A stretch of DNA of 64,000 nt from a virus, in IMG/VR virus record IMGVR_UViG_3300048929_000185, positions 1 through 64,000 of that record; one strand, 5' to 3'. The position numbers and the translations under genes were made by a program. A model generated the notes under the pieces. The model was not told the origin of the DNA. It was given only the letters and a program-made list of their open reading frames with translations, and searched no databases. This document shows, one piece after another, positions 33,195-46,300 of the stretch (within the stretch, counting starts at the first letter, position 1; the number at the start of each line of letters is the position of its first letter).

Positions 33195-33854
33195 TTATGT
33201 CTCCTTTTTATAAAATATATTATAGTAGTGACTAATTAAGCTTTGATCACAGCCTAATTGATTTGCTAGTTCCACTTGTGTCTTGTTTTCTAATTCACTA
33301 TTTAGCATCTCTTTAGTAATATTGTATTTAGTTCTTGCTTCTCCGCTATTCCGCACTGGAATGTTATATTTATGCAATAAGTTACGTATAGGGTTAGTTG
33401 ATATATTAAACATCGCCGCAATATTTTTAGGACTCATGTTCTCAACAATATATAGTTGGAACAATTCTTTCCTTGAAATATAAAAACATTTTTTCAATCC
33501 AGTTCTCAATGCATGTTGAGCATTTTCTTGTGGGGTGCACCACTCTAAATTTTCAACGTGATTATTTTTAGGGTTTCCGTCAATATGATTGATAAATGGC
33601 TTATCGTCTGTGTTTTCTATAAAAGATTGAGCCACAAGTCGGTGCACCTTATACGAGGTTCTTTTCTTGTCAATATACAACTCAACCTTCTTGTATCCGG
33701 TCGACGTAAAACTTTGTTTTAATATTTTTTCATTCTGGACATAAATCCCCTTTCCATTATTTCTTTGTCTTTGTATACTTTTTATTCTTCCATGATTACT
33801 TACCTGATAATATCCGACGTATCCGGGTATATCTCTCCATTCTTCTGCGATCAT
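33195..33854 (-). CDS. NUMOD4-HNH homing endonuclease
   Basis: EEWRDIPGY..YQVSNHGRIKS; VHRLVA; NHIDGNPKNNHVENLEW. Confidence 0.92.
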   Translation of the reverse strand: MIAEEWRDIPGYVGYYQVSNHGRIKSIQRQRNNGKGIYVQNEKILKQSFTSTGYKKVELYIDKKRTSYKVHRLVAQSFIENTDDKPFINHIDGNPKNNHVENLEWCTPQENAQHALRTGLKKCFYISRKELFQLYIVENMSPKNIAAMFNISTNPIRNLLHKYNIPVRNSGEARTKYNITKEMLNSELENKTQVELANQLGCDQSLISHYYNIFYKKET

Positions 33855-33867
33855 CTTCCTCCTTCTA

Positions 33868-34608
33868 CTATATTTTTCTAATACCCATTAACTTCTTCTT
33901 TAGTTTCTCTAATACTTCATTATCTTCGCAAAGTCTCGGATCTCCATTTTCTTCGCTTAACATTTCTTTACATGTCTCAGCTACTTTTTCTTTTGTTCCT
34001 TCAGAAAGAGCAGACCTTTTCGTGATTAGTTCCATACATTCAGCCTGTAGCTTATTCATCTGTAATACTGATTCTGGAGCATCTTCCTTAGTCCATAAGT
34101 TAAGCCCCACACCAAACATGCTTAAATTCTTCGCAAAACATCTCATTATTGCTTTATAGATATCTCCGAATGTCGCAGCCGGTACGGTTTTATTACCAAA
34201 TTTTGTTTCATATGTATAAGGCTCAAGTCCCATGCTTCGATATGAGGTGTCGTATACAGGCAGATTCATTTCCTTTTCAATACCGTCGATGGTAACAGAT
34301 GTTCTTACTTCTAATCCGGTATCGGTTACTGTATAGGGGATCTCCTGCTCGATGGTGGTTGTATCTTCAATTGTTGTGTTTTCATCGACTTTAGTGATTT
34401 TTTTGATTTCCCTCGTCTGTTTGTTCCTTTTAAAAGTGTATTTTACATCGCTAAAATGCTTACAAACCTCACTGTAAGTAGTCGCCCACGGTAGGTAATT
34501 AATTTTTGTTTTGCCAGTGTCTTTTTCAACCGACCTTTCTCTTGTGTCAATCTCGTAAAGGGTGTTAAAAACTGATTTTTCTAACTTCTTAATGTTAATC
34601 TCTTCCAA
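33868..34608 (-). CDS. Sak/DUF1071-like single-strand annealing protein
   Basis: YLPWA...EMNLPV...DIYKAIMRCFAKNLSMFGVGLNLW; upstream of ssb. Confidence 0.85.
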   Translation of the reverse strand: MEEINIKKLEKSVFNTLYEIDTRERSVEKDTGKTKINYLPWATTYSEVCKHFSDVKYTFKRNKQTREIKKITKVDENTTIEDTTTIEQEIPYTVTDTGLEVRTSVTIDGIEKEMNLPVYDTSYRSMGLEPYTYETKFGNKTVPAATFGDIYKAIMRCFAKNLSMFGVGLNLWTKEDAPESVLQMNKLQAECMELITKRSALSEGTKEKVAETCKEMLSEENGDPRLCEDNEVLEKLKKKLMGIRKI

Positions 34609-34662
34609 TCATTTTCCTCCTATTATTTTTGCATATGAAAAGTGAATTTTATCTCAATTTTA

Positions 34663-34709
34663 ATACTATATATTGTGTTTAAATCTTCTATAATTACAAG
34701 ATACAGTAT
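34663..34709. promoter_or_regulatory. Tandem NrdR-like boxes upstream of the replication operon
   Basis: ATACTATATATTGTGT (34663-78) and weaker TTACAAGATACAGTAT (34694-709), 31 bp apart. Confidence 0.6.
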
Positions 34710-34800
34710 GTATCAGCTATAATAAAGCGGATGTCCCCTATCTCCCAAATTAACACCTCCAATATTCAGTTTTAGTTATTTTAATTTTGTGATTGTTTTA

Positions 34801-34830
34801 GGTATTTACATTTACACCGCTGCCACGGTA
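34801..34830 (-). promoter_or_regulatory. Leader element 3 (UGGCAG-loop hairpin plus AAAUGUAAAUACC)
   Basis: Plus strand GGTATTTACATTTAC-ACCG-CTGCCA-CGGT. Confidence 0.8.
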
Positions 34831-37800
34831 TTATTTTTAATATACAGTCTTTATATTACTAATTTCCAACAATTACATCATTTGCCAAAATGCAGAATAT
34901 CTATTACCGTATGGCGGAATATAGATTCTCGTATCGTATTTTGACTCAAATTCTTTAGTTTTTTTGATAATCTCTTTTCGCAGATTCTCAATTTCCTCAA
35001 GATCTGAATTAAGTTTCTCCTTTAATTCTTTTTCTGCCTTTATAGCTCTCATTTTCTCTTCTTCAATTTGTTTTTCGTAGGCTACACACTCTTCTACTGT
35101 CTTAAATCCATCTTTACCATCTGTTGCTACAATTCTCATATCATTGTCCTCCTTAATTAAATATTATTTCAACCGTATGAAACGGAGATTTTAAAGTTTA
35201 ATTCCGCCTGATCTGTCTTCTGCAATCCAGTATCTATCATTGCCGCCTAAGTCTTTCTCTATTTCGTAGTCTTTAGGATTAAGCATTGTACATGTAGCGT
35301 TTCCAGTCTGTAAGGGTGAAAATAAATCGGTAATTCTTTTACCACAATTCTGACACTCTACAACTTCTGTACTAAAAAATCCAGAATATTCAATCTGGCT
35401 ATTGCCACAATTGCATTCTACATTAAAAGATTCTTCATCTTCGTGTAGGTTCCAGCCTAATTCAGAAATGCACTCCTTAAAACTCATCACCTTAAAATCT
35501 GTAACGTCTTGTAATTTTTTCACTAATTACCTCCTTATTTTAATACCGAGGAAACTCGGATTTTATTCAATTAAAGTAACTTTTCCATCGTTAAATTCCC
35601 ATTTCCATTCGCTGCCGTCTTCTCCTACAAAACAGAGAAACGACCCAGGTTCTACATATGTAGCAATTGCACTAAAAAATATTTTTTCATCTCCATATTT
35701 TTCTCCAACAAATTCAACATCACAAATATCTCCAGCCAAATTAAATATTGGTAAATATCTTATACCAGTTAATCCGTCTTCAAGTCTTTTACTATCAAGT
35801 ACAAATTTTGTAGACACCCATTTAAAATGAGGAATTCTTTCACCATCAATACTATCGTAACATGTCATATTTTCGGTAACAAACACACTTTTCAAGCTAT
35901 TTAGCGCCTTTGTAAAGTTTTCCTTTCTAATAATAAAATTACTATCTGTCATTTCTATAAGATACCCCATTCTATTCCTCCTTTAGTTTTACAATTTTTT
36001 CAATTAAATCAATATCTACACGACTTCCATCTATAACAAGTTCCCCACCGCTTCCAGATTCATACCAGATCTCTTCTAGCATTCCGTCTCTATGCCAACC
36101 ATTAAAATAGTATGCGGACACTTCATCTCCAATTTTCACCATGCTACAATCTTCATTTATTAATCCGGTTTTAACCATATGTACCGTTCCTTTCTCCTGC
36201 CATGAAACAGGTATTCTATTCTATTTAGATGCTTCCATCAATTTTGAAAGCAAAAGTTTTTCTTCTGCCGGCATATTATTAAACTTTGTAATTACGTCCA
36301 TAATATATTCTGCTTTATAATACGGGATCTCTTCTAGCTTTTTATATACTTCAGATAATTCCTTATTCAATTCTGCAACTGCATTTTTAACCTGTTCAAT
36401 TCTCGGCTTTTGATCGGAAACTAATTGGCTATACTTACAATATAAATCTTCGCTCTTGCTTATTTCTTCTTCCACTGCTTTCCTATATTCGTCTCTAACC
36501 TTTTTAGCATGCAATTTAAAATTCAAGAAACTATCTTCTAAACATTCGTCCATTGCACTAGTGTCTCCGACAATTCTATTTACAGTTTCTTTAATGTCCT
36601 TTCCTTTTAATTTAATGCAATCCATTATCAAATCAAAATACGGCTCTAGCTCATCATCAATATGCTTATATCCCATATATTCTCCTTTTCTCTTTAAAAG
36701 ATTTATTTTATCCACATTAGATACACCCACCACAGCTTCCGTGCCTCCAGTCCTTGCTTTGGAATGCGTCATAAATTTGGATTTTTAATTCATGATCAGA
36801 AGATATGTTATTTAACCAATAATTGTTTTTTTCGATCCATTCTTCACAAAACAATCCGTCATCATAATCTTCAAATACTTCACTCCACTCTTCGAAGTGC
36901 CATTCCTGATACGTTCCGTATGTATTCATGTCACTGCATCTTATGTCGTCTGGTATTTTATCTGAAACATCGATATCATCAACAAATAAACTCCATTTAC
37001 CGAAACACAAACACGGATATGCTCCACTCCATTCCACTGATACCATAATATTTTACCTCCTATTTAAAATAAACATCTTTATTTATTTCCATATTTTCAG
37101 GGCGCCATTCAAACACTGTATATGGATAATAATCATCAGTATTTTTGGTTCCAACTTCTAAGATTAGTTTATTATCGGACGAATATATTTGTAAAATATT
37201 AGCCGACTCAGACCAGTAATCATCGCTTACCTTATCAACAAATTCGCACCTCACTTTTTGTCCCGGGAAAACATTTTTAATTTCCCTATTTGTTATTTCA
37301 AGTTCCGTCATATAGCTTCTATATCCGTCTGCTTGATCCTCGGTCATAATATAATTAACACCATCAATGCAAAACAAGATATCATTACCGAAATCATCCC
37401 ATTCATCTTTAGCAGATGTTGACGGAATATAATCAACACCAGAAAATAGATGTTCACCACTTAAATCTCTTAGTTCCATATTTACTTCTCCCTTTCTTCC
37501 ACAAATAAATCTTTTCATTTATCTGCTAAAACTCAGTTTTCTACTACGCCTATCCGATCTAAAAACTCTTTTTCAGTCTGCCACCTAAGCGGATTCTCAA
37601 TGTCCTGGTACTCCCAACCCTCTCCGCAGCCTTCGTCTTCGTCAAAGTTGTAATACATGTAAGCGTGTGGATTTTCATCACTTTCGTCTGGAATTAACGC
37701 ACTATAGCTGTTATATGCCGGTACGTCTTTAAAACTGTATGTCTGCGGCATATCCTCATACGCTCCTCGCATAATACCATCTGCATTATTCCAAAGTATT

Positions 37801-37904
37801 GCTCCACGCCCGATCACTTCCACTTTAGTCAATTTACAATCTTCATTTTCACAAAACTTGCACACTCTTCATACCTCCTTTGCCTCATATACTCTGATTT
37901 ATTT

Positions 37905-37976
37905 ATTACTATATTTTCTTCCCTACTCTTATATCTTATCATTACTATATTTCTTTGTCAATAGAAAAAATAAAAA
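37905..37976 (-). promoter_or_regulatory. Repeated sigmaA promoter, copy 3
   Basis: TTGACA (37956-61)-17-TAAGAT; ATTACTATAT at 37905 and 37941. Confidence 0.88.
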
Positions 37977-39278
37977 GTTTGCGTTATATATTCCATTACT
38001 ACTCAATCCATCTCATAAACTCTTCAGCTCTTTCATCACACAAATCTAGTTCCTCATTCTCTGATGCTTCGTCCTTCGTTCTTATCACCTCCAGACATGA
38101 AACCATGATTTTAACTCAATAAACCTCTTTTCCATTTACTCTTAATCCAGAAAATGTTTCTGTGACCATTTGAATCGGTGGCGCCTCTGGTAAATCTTCA
38201 TCATCGTCCCCATAGCTAGTATGTTCTTCTATTGGATTAATCTTGCATTTAGGTATAATTTCACTCATTAGTTTATCAAAACATTTGCAGCACATATCTA
38301 AATTAATCTGCTTGCCATCGTATCTACTTCCGTATCCTATTTCATCTGTATGTATCCCAAAATTCTCCTGATCGTCAAGCATATTAAATTTCTTGCCACA
38401 AACGTTGCAAATCGTTTTACCTCTCGCCATGATTGCCTCCTTTTTTATTCAACCCATTCACAGTTTGGAACTACCGGAACATACCAATCTCCATCTTTTC
38501 TTGATCTACAATACATATTGTCTTTTACGTCTTTTAATATATATTTATCAATTTCATCTAATGTAGATAAGTATTTTGATATCGCTTGTTGTAATGATAA
38601 AGTATTTCTATATTTTTTCTTGTAAATATCTAACCCTCTACTCATATATGTGTGGTTCTCGAAATAACATTTATCTACCGAATTTAATCCATGGAAAAAT
38701 TCATCTTCAGATACTACGTTCTCATTAATCAAGTAAATTCTTTCTTGAGTATCTATTAATAAACGTTCGATAAAAATTATACCTTTATCTAATAATCTAT
38801 TTCTAACATCAATTTCAAACATCTCATATTTAAAATATTTATCCATTACTTTTTCTTCCATTTTTCCTCCTTAAAATGATGTTTCTATTGATAGATTATT
38901 TAATAGTTAGAATAGCAGGATTTACCACGCCATCACCATCATAATCATATTCCTTGTTGTGCCATTTTCTTAATGCCTCTCCGTATTCCCAACAGCTTGA
39001 CAGAATGTTGACGGCTGCACCATACATAAATCCAGTAATTCCTTCCGTATCTGCTTTATAACTTGTTTTATCTGCATTTTCAATAATGACTTTATCCGAA
39101 TTTTCAGAGGAGTCGTTTATTAGTTCCTCAAGCAATTCTGCCCACCTTTCAGCAAAACGGAAACATGCTCTGCCATAGTCTGCGCCTTGATTTTCATACC
39201 ACTCTTTGTAGTCCTGCTCTTTACCATTTAAAATTTTCATATTCTTCTCCTTTTTACAATAAATTCAAAACTTTATTG

Positions 39279-39599
39279 TCATTTTGCTCTTTTAAAATGC
39301 GACCTGTTATTACAGCCCAAACATATATTTATGTCTTCTCCCAAATGTGCACAGTAATCGCATAAGATCAATTCGCACCTGTGATTCCACGCTTCTATGA
39401 TATCTTCAATTTCGTAAAATCCACCGCCAAAATGACAACCGCAATCGCAGCCAATATGATATGGATCTCCTCCGCTATCAGGATCATAATACGTTGGCTT
39501 CCACTCTTCTTCACCACCGTGTATCTCCACTGGTTTTCCACAGAATGGGCAATGTTTCAAATTTGGTTCTCCATCAACAAATAATTCTTCTTTGTCCAT
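39279..39599 (-). CDS. Lar-like zinc-finger protein
   Basis: LKHCPFCG...CDCG...IEAWNHR. Confidence 0.7.
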   Translation of the reverse strand: MDKEELFVDGEPNLKHCPFCGKPVEIHGGEEEWKPTYYDPDSGGDPYHIGCDCGCHFGGGFYEIEDIIEAWNHRCELILCDYCAHLGEDINICLGCNNRSHFKRAK

Positions 39600-41554
39600 A
39601 TTTAACTCCTCATTTTTTCTGATAAAACACCGATTTAACTATGTTTTTCAATCTAACTATGAACCATCTACATAGTTGAATACAGTATTACAACACGGGC
39701 ACTTATACTCTATCTCGAATTCATAATCATAAAACCCGCCACTGCTCCATAATATTTTGCCTAGCCCCAAATCTTCATCTGCGTTCAACGAGTCCCACCC
39801 ACAGTTTGGACATTGATACGGTTCTGAATACTTGTTTGTTGTTAATCCACGTTCATAATCGTAACTTACGTGACAGAATCCTCTATGATACATTTTAAAT
39901 TTCTTTTTAATAATACGTTTATTCATATTTTTCTCCACGAAATATTCATTTCAATCTTATCTCGTTCTAAGTCTATATAATTTACTGATGATTCTATAAA
40001 CCATCTTCCTTGGCAGTTCTTTGCATATAATTTTGCATAAACTATATAGACGTTCATCGTAATATATACATTCACTAACTAGCTGGTCTACGAGTTCTTC
40101 ATTTGACATTGATGATAAATCAACCATAATTTCTAACCCCTCTCTTTCAACTTTTCCCAGTCAACTTCTTGCAAAATCTTCCACAATTTCTCCGTTTCTC
40201 GGCTCCTCCATGAAGTCATAGCATATGTATGAGCATCTTCTGAGTAATGATAATTGTTAGACCTTAGATGATTTTCCGCATCTTTCTGGGTGAGAAACAT
40301 TGTATTCTCATATATTTTAGGAATAATCTTATAGGAAATAACATTATAATCATATCCTTGTTCTTCTAACCATGTTTTGATTTCGTCAATATCAGTTAAC
40401 TCTTCTCGTTCCTCGCATTCTTCATCTCCACCATCATTCCACGTAACAACAATCCTATCGGAGCCAAATACACCCTCTTCAAACTCAACAGTAAATTCTT
40501 CACCCTCCAATCTATTGCTATTAATCTCTTCAAGCTGATTATCATTTATGTATTCACATATACCTCTTGTATCTTCGGCAAGAGTATCGCAGCAATCCGG
40601 ATCATATAATTCAAAACCGTCCGCTTCTTCCACATGATAAATCTTTTCTGTTCCTTTGATCACCCAATACCTCGGATCTGCCTGACTAACATGATCCTGA
40701 GTATTCATCTCTTTTTGTAAACTCAGAAGAAAATCAATTTCTTCCCGTGTAATTTCGTGCTTATTCATAGTATCCTCGTGATACTCTAAAAATTCATGAT
40801 ATTTTGCCATGTAAAAATCCTTTCGTCAAATTATTATTGTATTGGTTTCATAAACGATTGATTCTATTTTTTCCAATTCTTCTGTTCCAGAATAAAATCC
40901 ACCATCATCTCTATACTGAACTTCAATGTTATAATTCTCAATCCCAAGAATTTTAGCAGCGTCATAAAGTTCTTTTATCGTCATAATAATACCTCTCCTT
41001 TTCTTAATGAAAGCATTGTTTTAAACCGATTATTTAAACAAACGGTATTTCAATTACTTCTTTGGTATGTTTATCATCAAAGAATTCTTCTGGTTTATGT
41101 ATCATAATATCTTTTTTTAATACATCGGTTTCAATGGCCTGATAATATCCGCACACCATATCCTTCGCTTCTACTTTATTATCTGCCATTACAAAAACAG
41201 TTGGTAAGGAACCGTCGTGTATTCCAATATATATCATTTATTCCTCCTTACAATATAATTTAATTTTTATAAATAGTCTTCTGGCAAGTAATATCTTACA
41301 AATTCACAAATCCATTTTTGTGCTTCGTCATAGCTGGTTATTCCTGGCAACTCTTCTAATAATTTAAATAATTGTTCATAGGCTTCATGCCTCAAATATG
41401 CAATAAATACGGTTTTAGTTTTACCACATCCTCTTGGTACAACACGATTAGAGTCCCAGCCTCCGGGGTACAATCTATCACGTTCTTCTCTCAGTCGTTT
41501 TATTAATTCGTCATTCATAAACACCTCTGTTTATCATAAAAGCAGTTAAAATAG

Positions 41555-42325
41555 TTATTTGATTGAATACTTTAACACCATTTTATGAAGTAATGTATAA
41601 TATGTCTCAAATATCCAATCAATTTGTATTGGATCTAGCCAACCATTCATTAATGTATCCAATGATTTAAAATCTTCTTTTCCTAAAAAATTAATAATCG
41701 TTGAATTATTCACCTTTTCAGTAAAATCAATTGCGTACATTTTACATATAGAACGTCTGCCCCAATAATTAAAAATCATTCCAAGTATCCTAGATAATAA
41801 TTCTAAAGTTATAGATGGTTTTGTATTTATAATTTGGGTTGCTAAAGTATGAGCTTCGGTAAGCAAGTCTTCTGCTTTTTTTACGCCAGTATGATCAAGT
41901 ACTTTTTCATTCATAGAAAAACTAAAATTGTCATCTAACTTTGTGAATCTAACTAACCTCATAAAATCTATCTGACCTGCGTGATATTCTGAAAATCCTC
42001 TATACATAATATTCGTAATTTTTTCACCTTTTGGCACATAATTTTTATTATCGAGCATATGTGTAAACTCATGAAACAGAACCCAATCTGCATGTAAAAT
42101 TGGCTCCCAAATATTTGAGTATACTTTTAACAAGTGAGCGTTGGTTGAAACGTCATAATAATACGAAGCTAGTGAATCGTAACCGTTCTTCTCTCCTCGT
42201 TCGACAAAATATTTTATTTCTTTTATTTGATACCGTGGTAACTTTTTAATTCCCATGAAAACGATATACTCTTTTGCAATTTTATTAATATAATTTTCTA
42301 ATCTGTTCATGCAATCATACCTCAT
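41555..42325 (-). CDS. Putative zinc metallopeptidase-like protein
   Basis: LFHEFTHMLD...GFSEYHA (HExxH plus downstream E). Confidence 0.65.
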   Translation of the reverse strand: MRYDCMNRLENYINKIAKEYIVFMGIKKLPRYQIKEIKYFVERGEKNGYDSLASYYYDVSTNAHLLKVYSNIWEPILHADWVLFHEFTHMLDNKNYVPKGEKITNIMYRGFSEYHAGQIDFMRLVRFTKLDDNFSFSMNEKVLDHTGVKKAEDLLTEAHTLATQIINTKPSITLELLSRILGMIFNYWGRRSICKMYAIDFTEKVNNSTIINFLGKEDFKSLDTLMNGWLDPIQIDWIFETYYTLLHKMVLKYSIK

Positions 42326-44557
42326 TCGATAAATATTTTTTGATTAAAACTAACCTTTCAACTATATTCACTCAATTCTTTTAAAATCACATGTAACTCA
42401 TCATTGTCAACAAATTCAATATAATCGACACTGGAGTTTTCAAACACTCTTTTAATAAAAACCGTATCTACAGATTTTACATATATTGCTAAAGGTACAC
42501 TTACCACGTTTTTACCTTTAAATAAGCCCGTCAACTTGTGATTTGTTTCCCGATTAATTTCATACCAATAATCTTTATTTACTCCGTCGGTATCTCCTAT
42601 AGCTTCAATAAATTTAAAATCACTTTTATTCATTCACAACCCCCTCTTCGAATTCTCTCATCTCATTCGCCAACTCCTCGATAATATCTTTAATCTCTCC
42701 CGCAATAACCGAAACCCCATTCGGTTCATGAATCCTAGCTGCTTCAATCTGTAAATTAATATCCACCAACTTAAGCCGCCGAAGATTATCATTAATCACT
42801 TCTATGATTTCTTTCCCCGTATATATTCTCCTTCCCATTTAAAACCTATGATTTATAGGCTCCAATCCAACTTTTGTCCGCAATATTTATGGCTACAATA
42901 GTATTCATCATCGTCACCATTAATATAATTACCACAACAGGGACACTCTCCACTCTTAAACTCCATTCTAATAGAACCATCATTAGTTTCTTTTAAATTT
43001 AAAGGCTTTTTAGCTATTTGTTTATCGAGTGCCCCAAATACAATTTCTTTAATTTCACTTGTTTCTTGCCCATTATCACAGATTATAATAATTCTGCAAT
43101 ATTCGTCCGTATTACAGAGATCTTCGTCTTGTAAAATGTATAATACTTCAGATTCTGTCATTTATTGAATTCTCCTTCCTTTGAAATCCCTCTTTGATCA
43201 GTTAAAATATACTTTGTAAATCTCTTTTGCAAGACTATTCAATAAACTTAGTGCATTATCCTTGTCAATATCGTCGGTAGCTTCTGATAAAATGTTAGCA
43301 TAATCTTCACATAATTCATCTATACAAATATTTTGATATACCGCAATGTCTTCGCATATTCTTTCGTTATTTGCTTCTAATTCTTTTAATTTATCTCTTG
43401 TCGTTTTACTACTATCTTTCATATCATTCTCCTTTTACGATTAAAAGTCTTCATTTATTGGAATCCAATGGGCATAATGGTAATCCAGCATTAAACCCAT
43501 ATGCGTCCATGTCATCAATTTGTTTATTTAATTTGATACAAACATTAGTCCAATCATCAATCGATAAATCCCATTGTCTGAGATATGGACAATTTTTATC
43601 ACAATCTACAGGAAATTTTTTCATTTTTTATTCTCCTCATTACATTACCATTCACTTTTTTTATTTTTTAATACAATTTCAGCTTCCGATTTTTTCAAAA
43701 ATACAGTCTTTCCAATACTACTTTCAGCAAAAGATCCATTATATATATTTTCATTCTTATATTCACCAACTACAGAAAATTTAAATTTTTTACTATAATA
43801 TGTACGTTTAACTTTGCACTCAATTAACTCCCATGACGTACCGTATCCGGTAATTACATATACAGTATTGTTTACCTCTATTTTTGATTGTGCTACCGTT
43901 GGTTGCTTATTAATTTCTTCAATTACTTCGCTCGTTTCGAGTTGGCTGTAATACGACCCATCATCTCCCAAATACGAGCTAAACGATTTAATTAATTTAT
44001 CTGCATCAATTAACCTCATTTTATTCTCCTTATTTTCTCTGTTAAAAGAACCATTTCCTTTGCTTCTTATTATTTTTTATGACCAGGACAAGGCATTCCG
44101 TTTTCATCTCTATATGGGACACCCAATAATTTACTCGCGCATTCTCCACAAATTTCAATATCCTTATAGGGAGTCCATGATTTTGAATTCCACCAGCCAC
44201 TATTGCCATGCGACTCCCAATAACCCTTTAAGCTTTACTTTATCTTAAAACTTCTGCTTGCATCTCTTGTATTACATATGTCACAAATTCGCCTCTCCAT
44301 TCATACCTCCTATTTTTCAAAGAAAAGAGTCATTTTATGTCCTCTACCCTACATATTGCTTTCATATCAGGATCATTTACGTGATACACCATTCCATTAA
44401 AAGCAATCATAGAATAACCCACGCTCTTAGCAACTTCTCTCACCTTATCATAATGACCGAAGAACCTCTTTGGATCAAAAACATCTCTCCATGAGATACT
44501 TTTATCTTGTGGTGGATTAAATACCGAAACTATATCAATTCCCATTTATTTTCCTCC

Positions 44558-45361
44558 TTAATAAGCCATAATCTCTTCTAATTTATTATTGATTTCCTGT
44601 AACCCATCTTCCTTAACTCCAATGCTATTATGTATACTATCCGAAGAGTAAACTTTGAAAAACTTTTCTCCTGCCTGATTGACTTCCTGAATCTTTTTAT
44701 GTATGTATCCCATTGCTTTTGCCCACCTGGTAATCTGACCCTTTTTCAGATTCAACGCTTTAGTCACATCGGTAATTGAGTAGCAGCCTTTCTTATCAAT
44801 CCTCAGTTCCGCAAGAGCTGCCATAGGTTTCTGCTTCTCAATCGTTTCGATCAACGGCTGCGCAACCAAGCTTTCTAACTTATTAATGGCTAAAGCACGC
44901 TCGACTTCTGAATTTGCATTTACAATAGCAATAATCGCCAAATCTTTTTCTGAGATAGAAGATTTAACTGCACTTCTCATCTCAAAATATTCATCAATGA
45001 ATTTATCCATCGTATCCCAAGATTCATCATCATCCATATACTTAATCAGTTTGGAGTATCCTCTTTCGGATAGGATGAATGCATTTTTCTGACCATTGCT
45101 GGTAATTAATCCGAGGTCACCAGCAGTGACCTTGAGTTCTTCGCTCAAAAACAGGTCTATATAATCAACATTTTCCTTAATTCTGCCTTTCTCTATCAGT
45201 CTTTTAATTGACTGGTTGATTACTTTGGCTTCCAGTCCATGAGTACTGGTAATCATAGGAACCGTTGTAACCCTCTTATCGTTTCCGAATCCACCCTCAA
45301 TAACAGGAATCTCAATCCCCATAAACATTTGCTTTCCTACCACTTTTAATTCATTACCCAT
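44558..45361 (-). CDS. Antirepressor (ORF6N-like plus ANT/KilA-C-like)
   Basis: IPVIEGGFG...FILSERGYSKLIKYMDDD; C-terminal EKQKP...YSITDVTK. Confidence 0.8.
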   Translation of the reverse strand: MGNELKVVGKQMFMGIEIPVIEGGFGNDKRVTTVPMITSTHGLEAKVINQSIKRLIEKGRIKENVDYIDLFLSEELKVTAGDLGLITSNGQKNAFILSERGYSKLIKYMDDDESWDTMDKFIDEYFEMRSAVKSSISEKDLAIIAIVNANSEVERALAINKLESLVAQPLIETIEKQKPMAALAELRIDKKGCYSITDVTKALNLKKGQITRWAKAMGYIHKKIQEVNQAGEKFFKVYSSDSIHNSIGVKEDGLQEINNKLEEIMAY

Positions 45362-45909
45362 TCACTTTTCTCCTTTAATTTTATTAATCATAAGCAATCA
45401 CAACTTTTCTATCTTCATAAAAATATTTATCAAGTTCTTCTTCGGTTATTGCATAACTGATAATTCCACAACACGGTATGCGCTTTTCGTCAAATTCTGT
45501 AATTACAAAACTCCATTTGTTGTCTATTGTTCTACACATAGACACAAACAGCCATTCTCGTTCTTCCCAACCACCAAAAATAGAACCAGATATATTTATA
45601 TCTTCTTTTTGTTTTAATACAGATTCATATTTCCTCATATTTTTTATCATATCCGTCATAACTTTTCTCCTTTAAAATCTATCATTCATTCTCCAACCAC
45701 TCTATCAAGGACGGCTCCACAATATGGACAGTAGTTCCATCTCTCTATCTCGCTATCCTCTTTGCCGTTTTCAAATCTCCATCTCCCCAAATATTCACCA
45801 CATCTATCGCAATAAAGTAAACGCGTAACTGTCTTGTTTTCGCAATGGGTAAATCCAGTTTCGATCATATTTTCACCTCTCAATCCCAATTAAAATTCGT
45901 ATTCTATAT

Positions 45910-46095
45910 CTATTTTATTTTCTTCTTTAATACAACTGCTAATTCTTTAATCACTTCACCAACATCTTTAGTTCTTCCATTATTTTCATTAACAATAGAA
46001 ATGCCAATGCTATCTAACGTATTAAAAACAGAAACAACATCTGTGTTCATATTGCTTAATTTATCAAGCACTTTTTCCATTTCTTTATTTTTCAT
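45910..46095 (-). CDS. Small protein resembling a tape-measure segment
   Basis: TLDSIGISIVNENNGRTKDVGEVIKELA; own GGAG RBS. Confidence 0.55.
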   Translation of the reverse strand: MKNKEMEKVLDKLSNMNTDVVSVFNTLDSIGISIVNENNGRTKDVGEVIKELAVVLKKKIK

Positions 46096-46300
46096 TTAAA
46101 CGCTCTCCTCACCCATAAAATCAGCCTTCTAACGTCTTATTTTTCGCTACAACCCCATCATTGCTCTTAACTTTATACTCTATCCGTTCATGACACTTGG
46201 GACACTCTTCATATCTTCCATGCTGCTTTGCTTCGTAATGAATACCAGATTCCATCATACATTTACATCTATTGCACCACATATGTATTTCCTCCTTATT

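Noticed and set aside
3043-33854. Group I introns or inteins around the HNH genes, nrdD or dnaE
   Set aside because: The endonuclease genes are free-standing between intact genes, and no intein splice motifs or split ORFs were seen.
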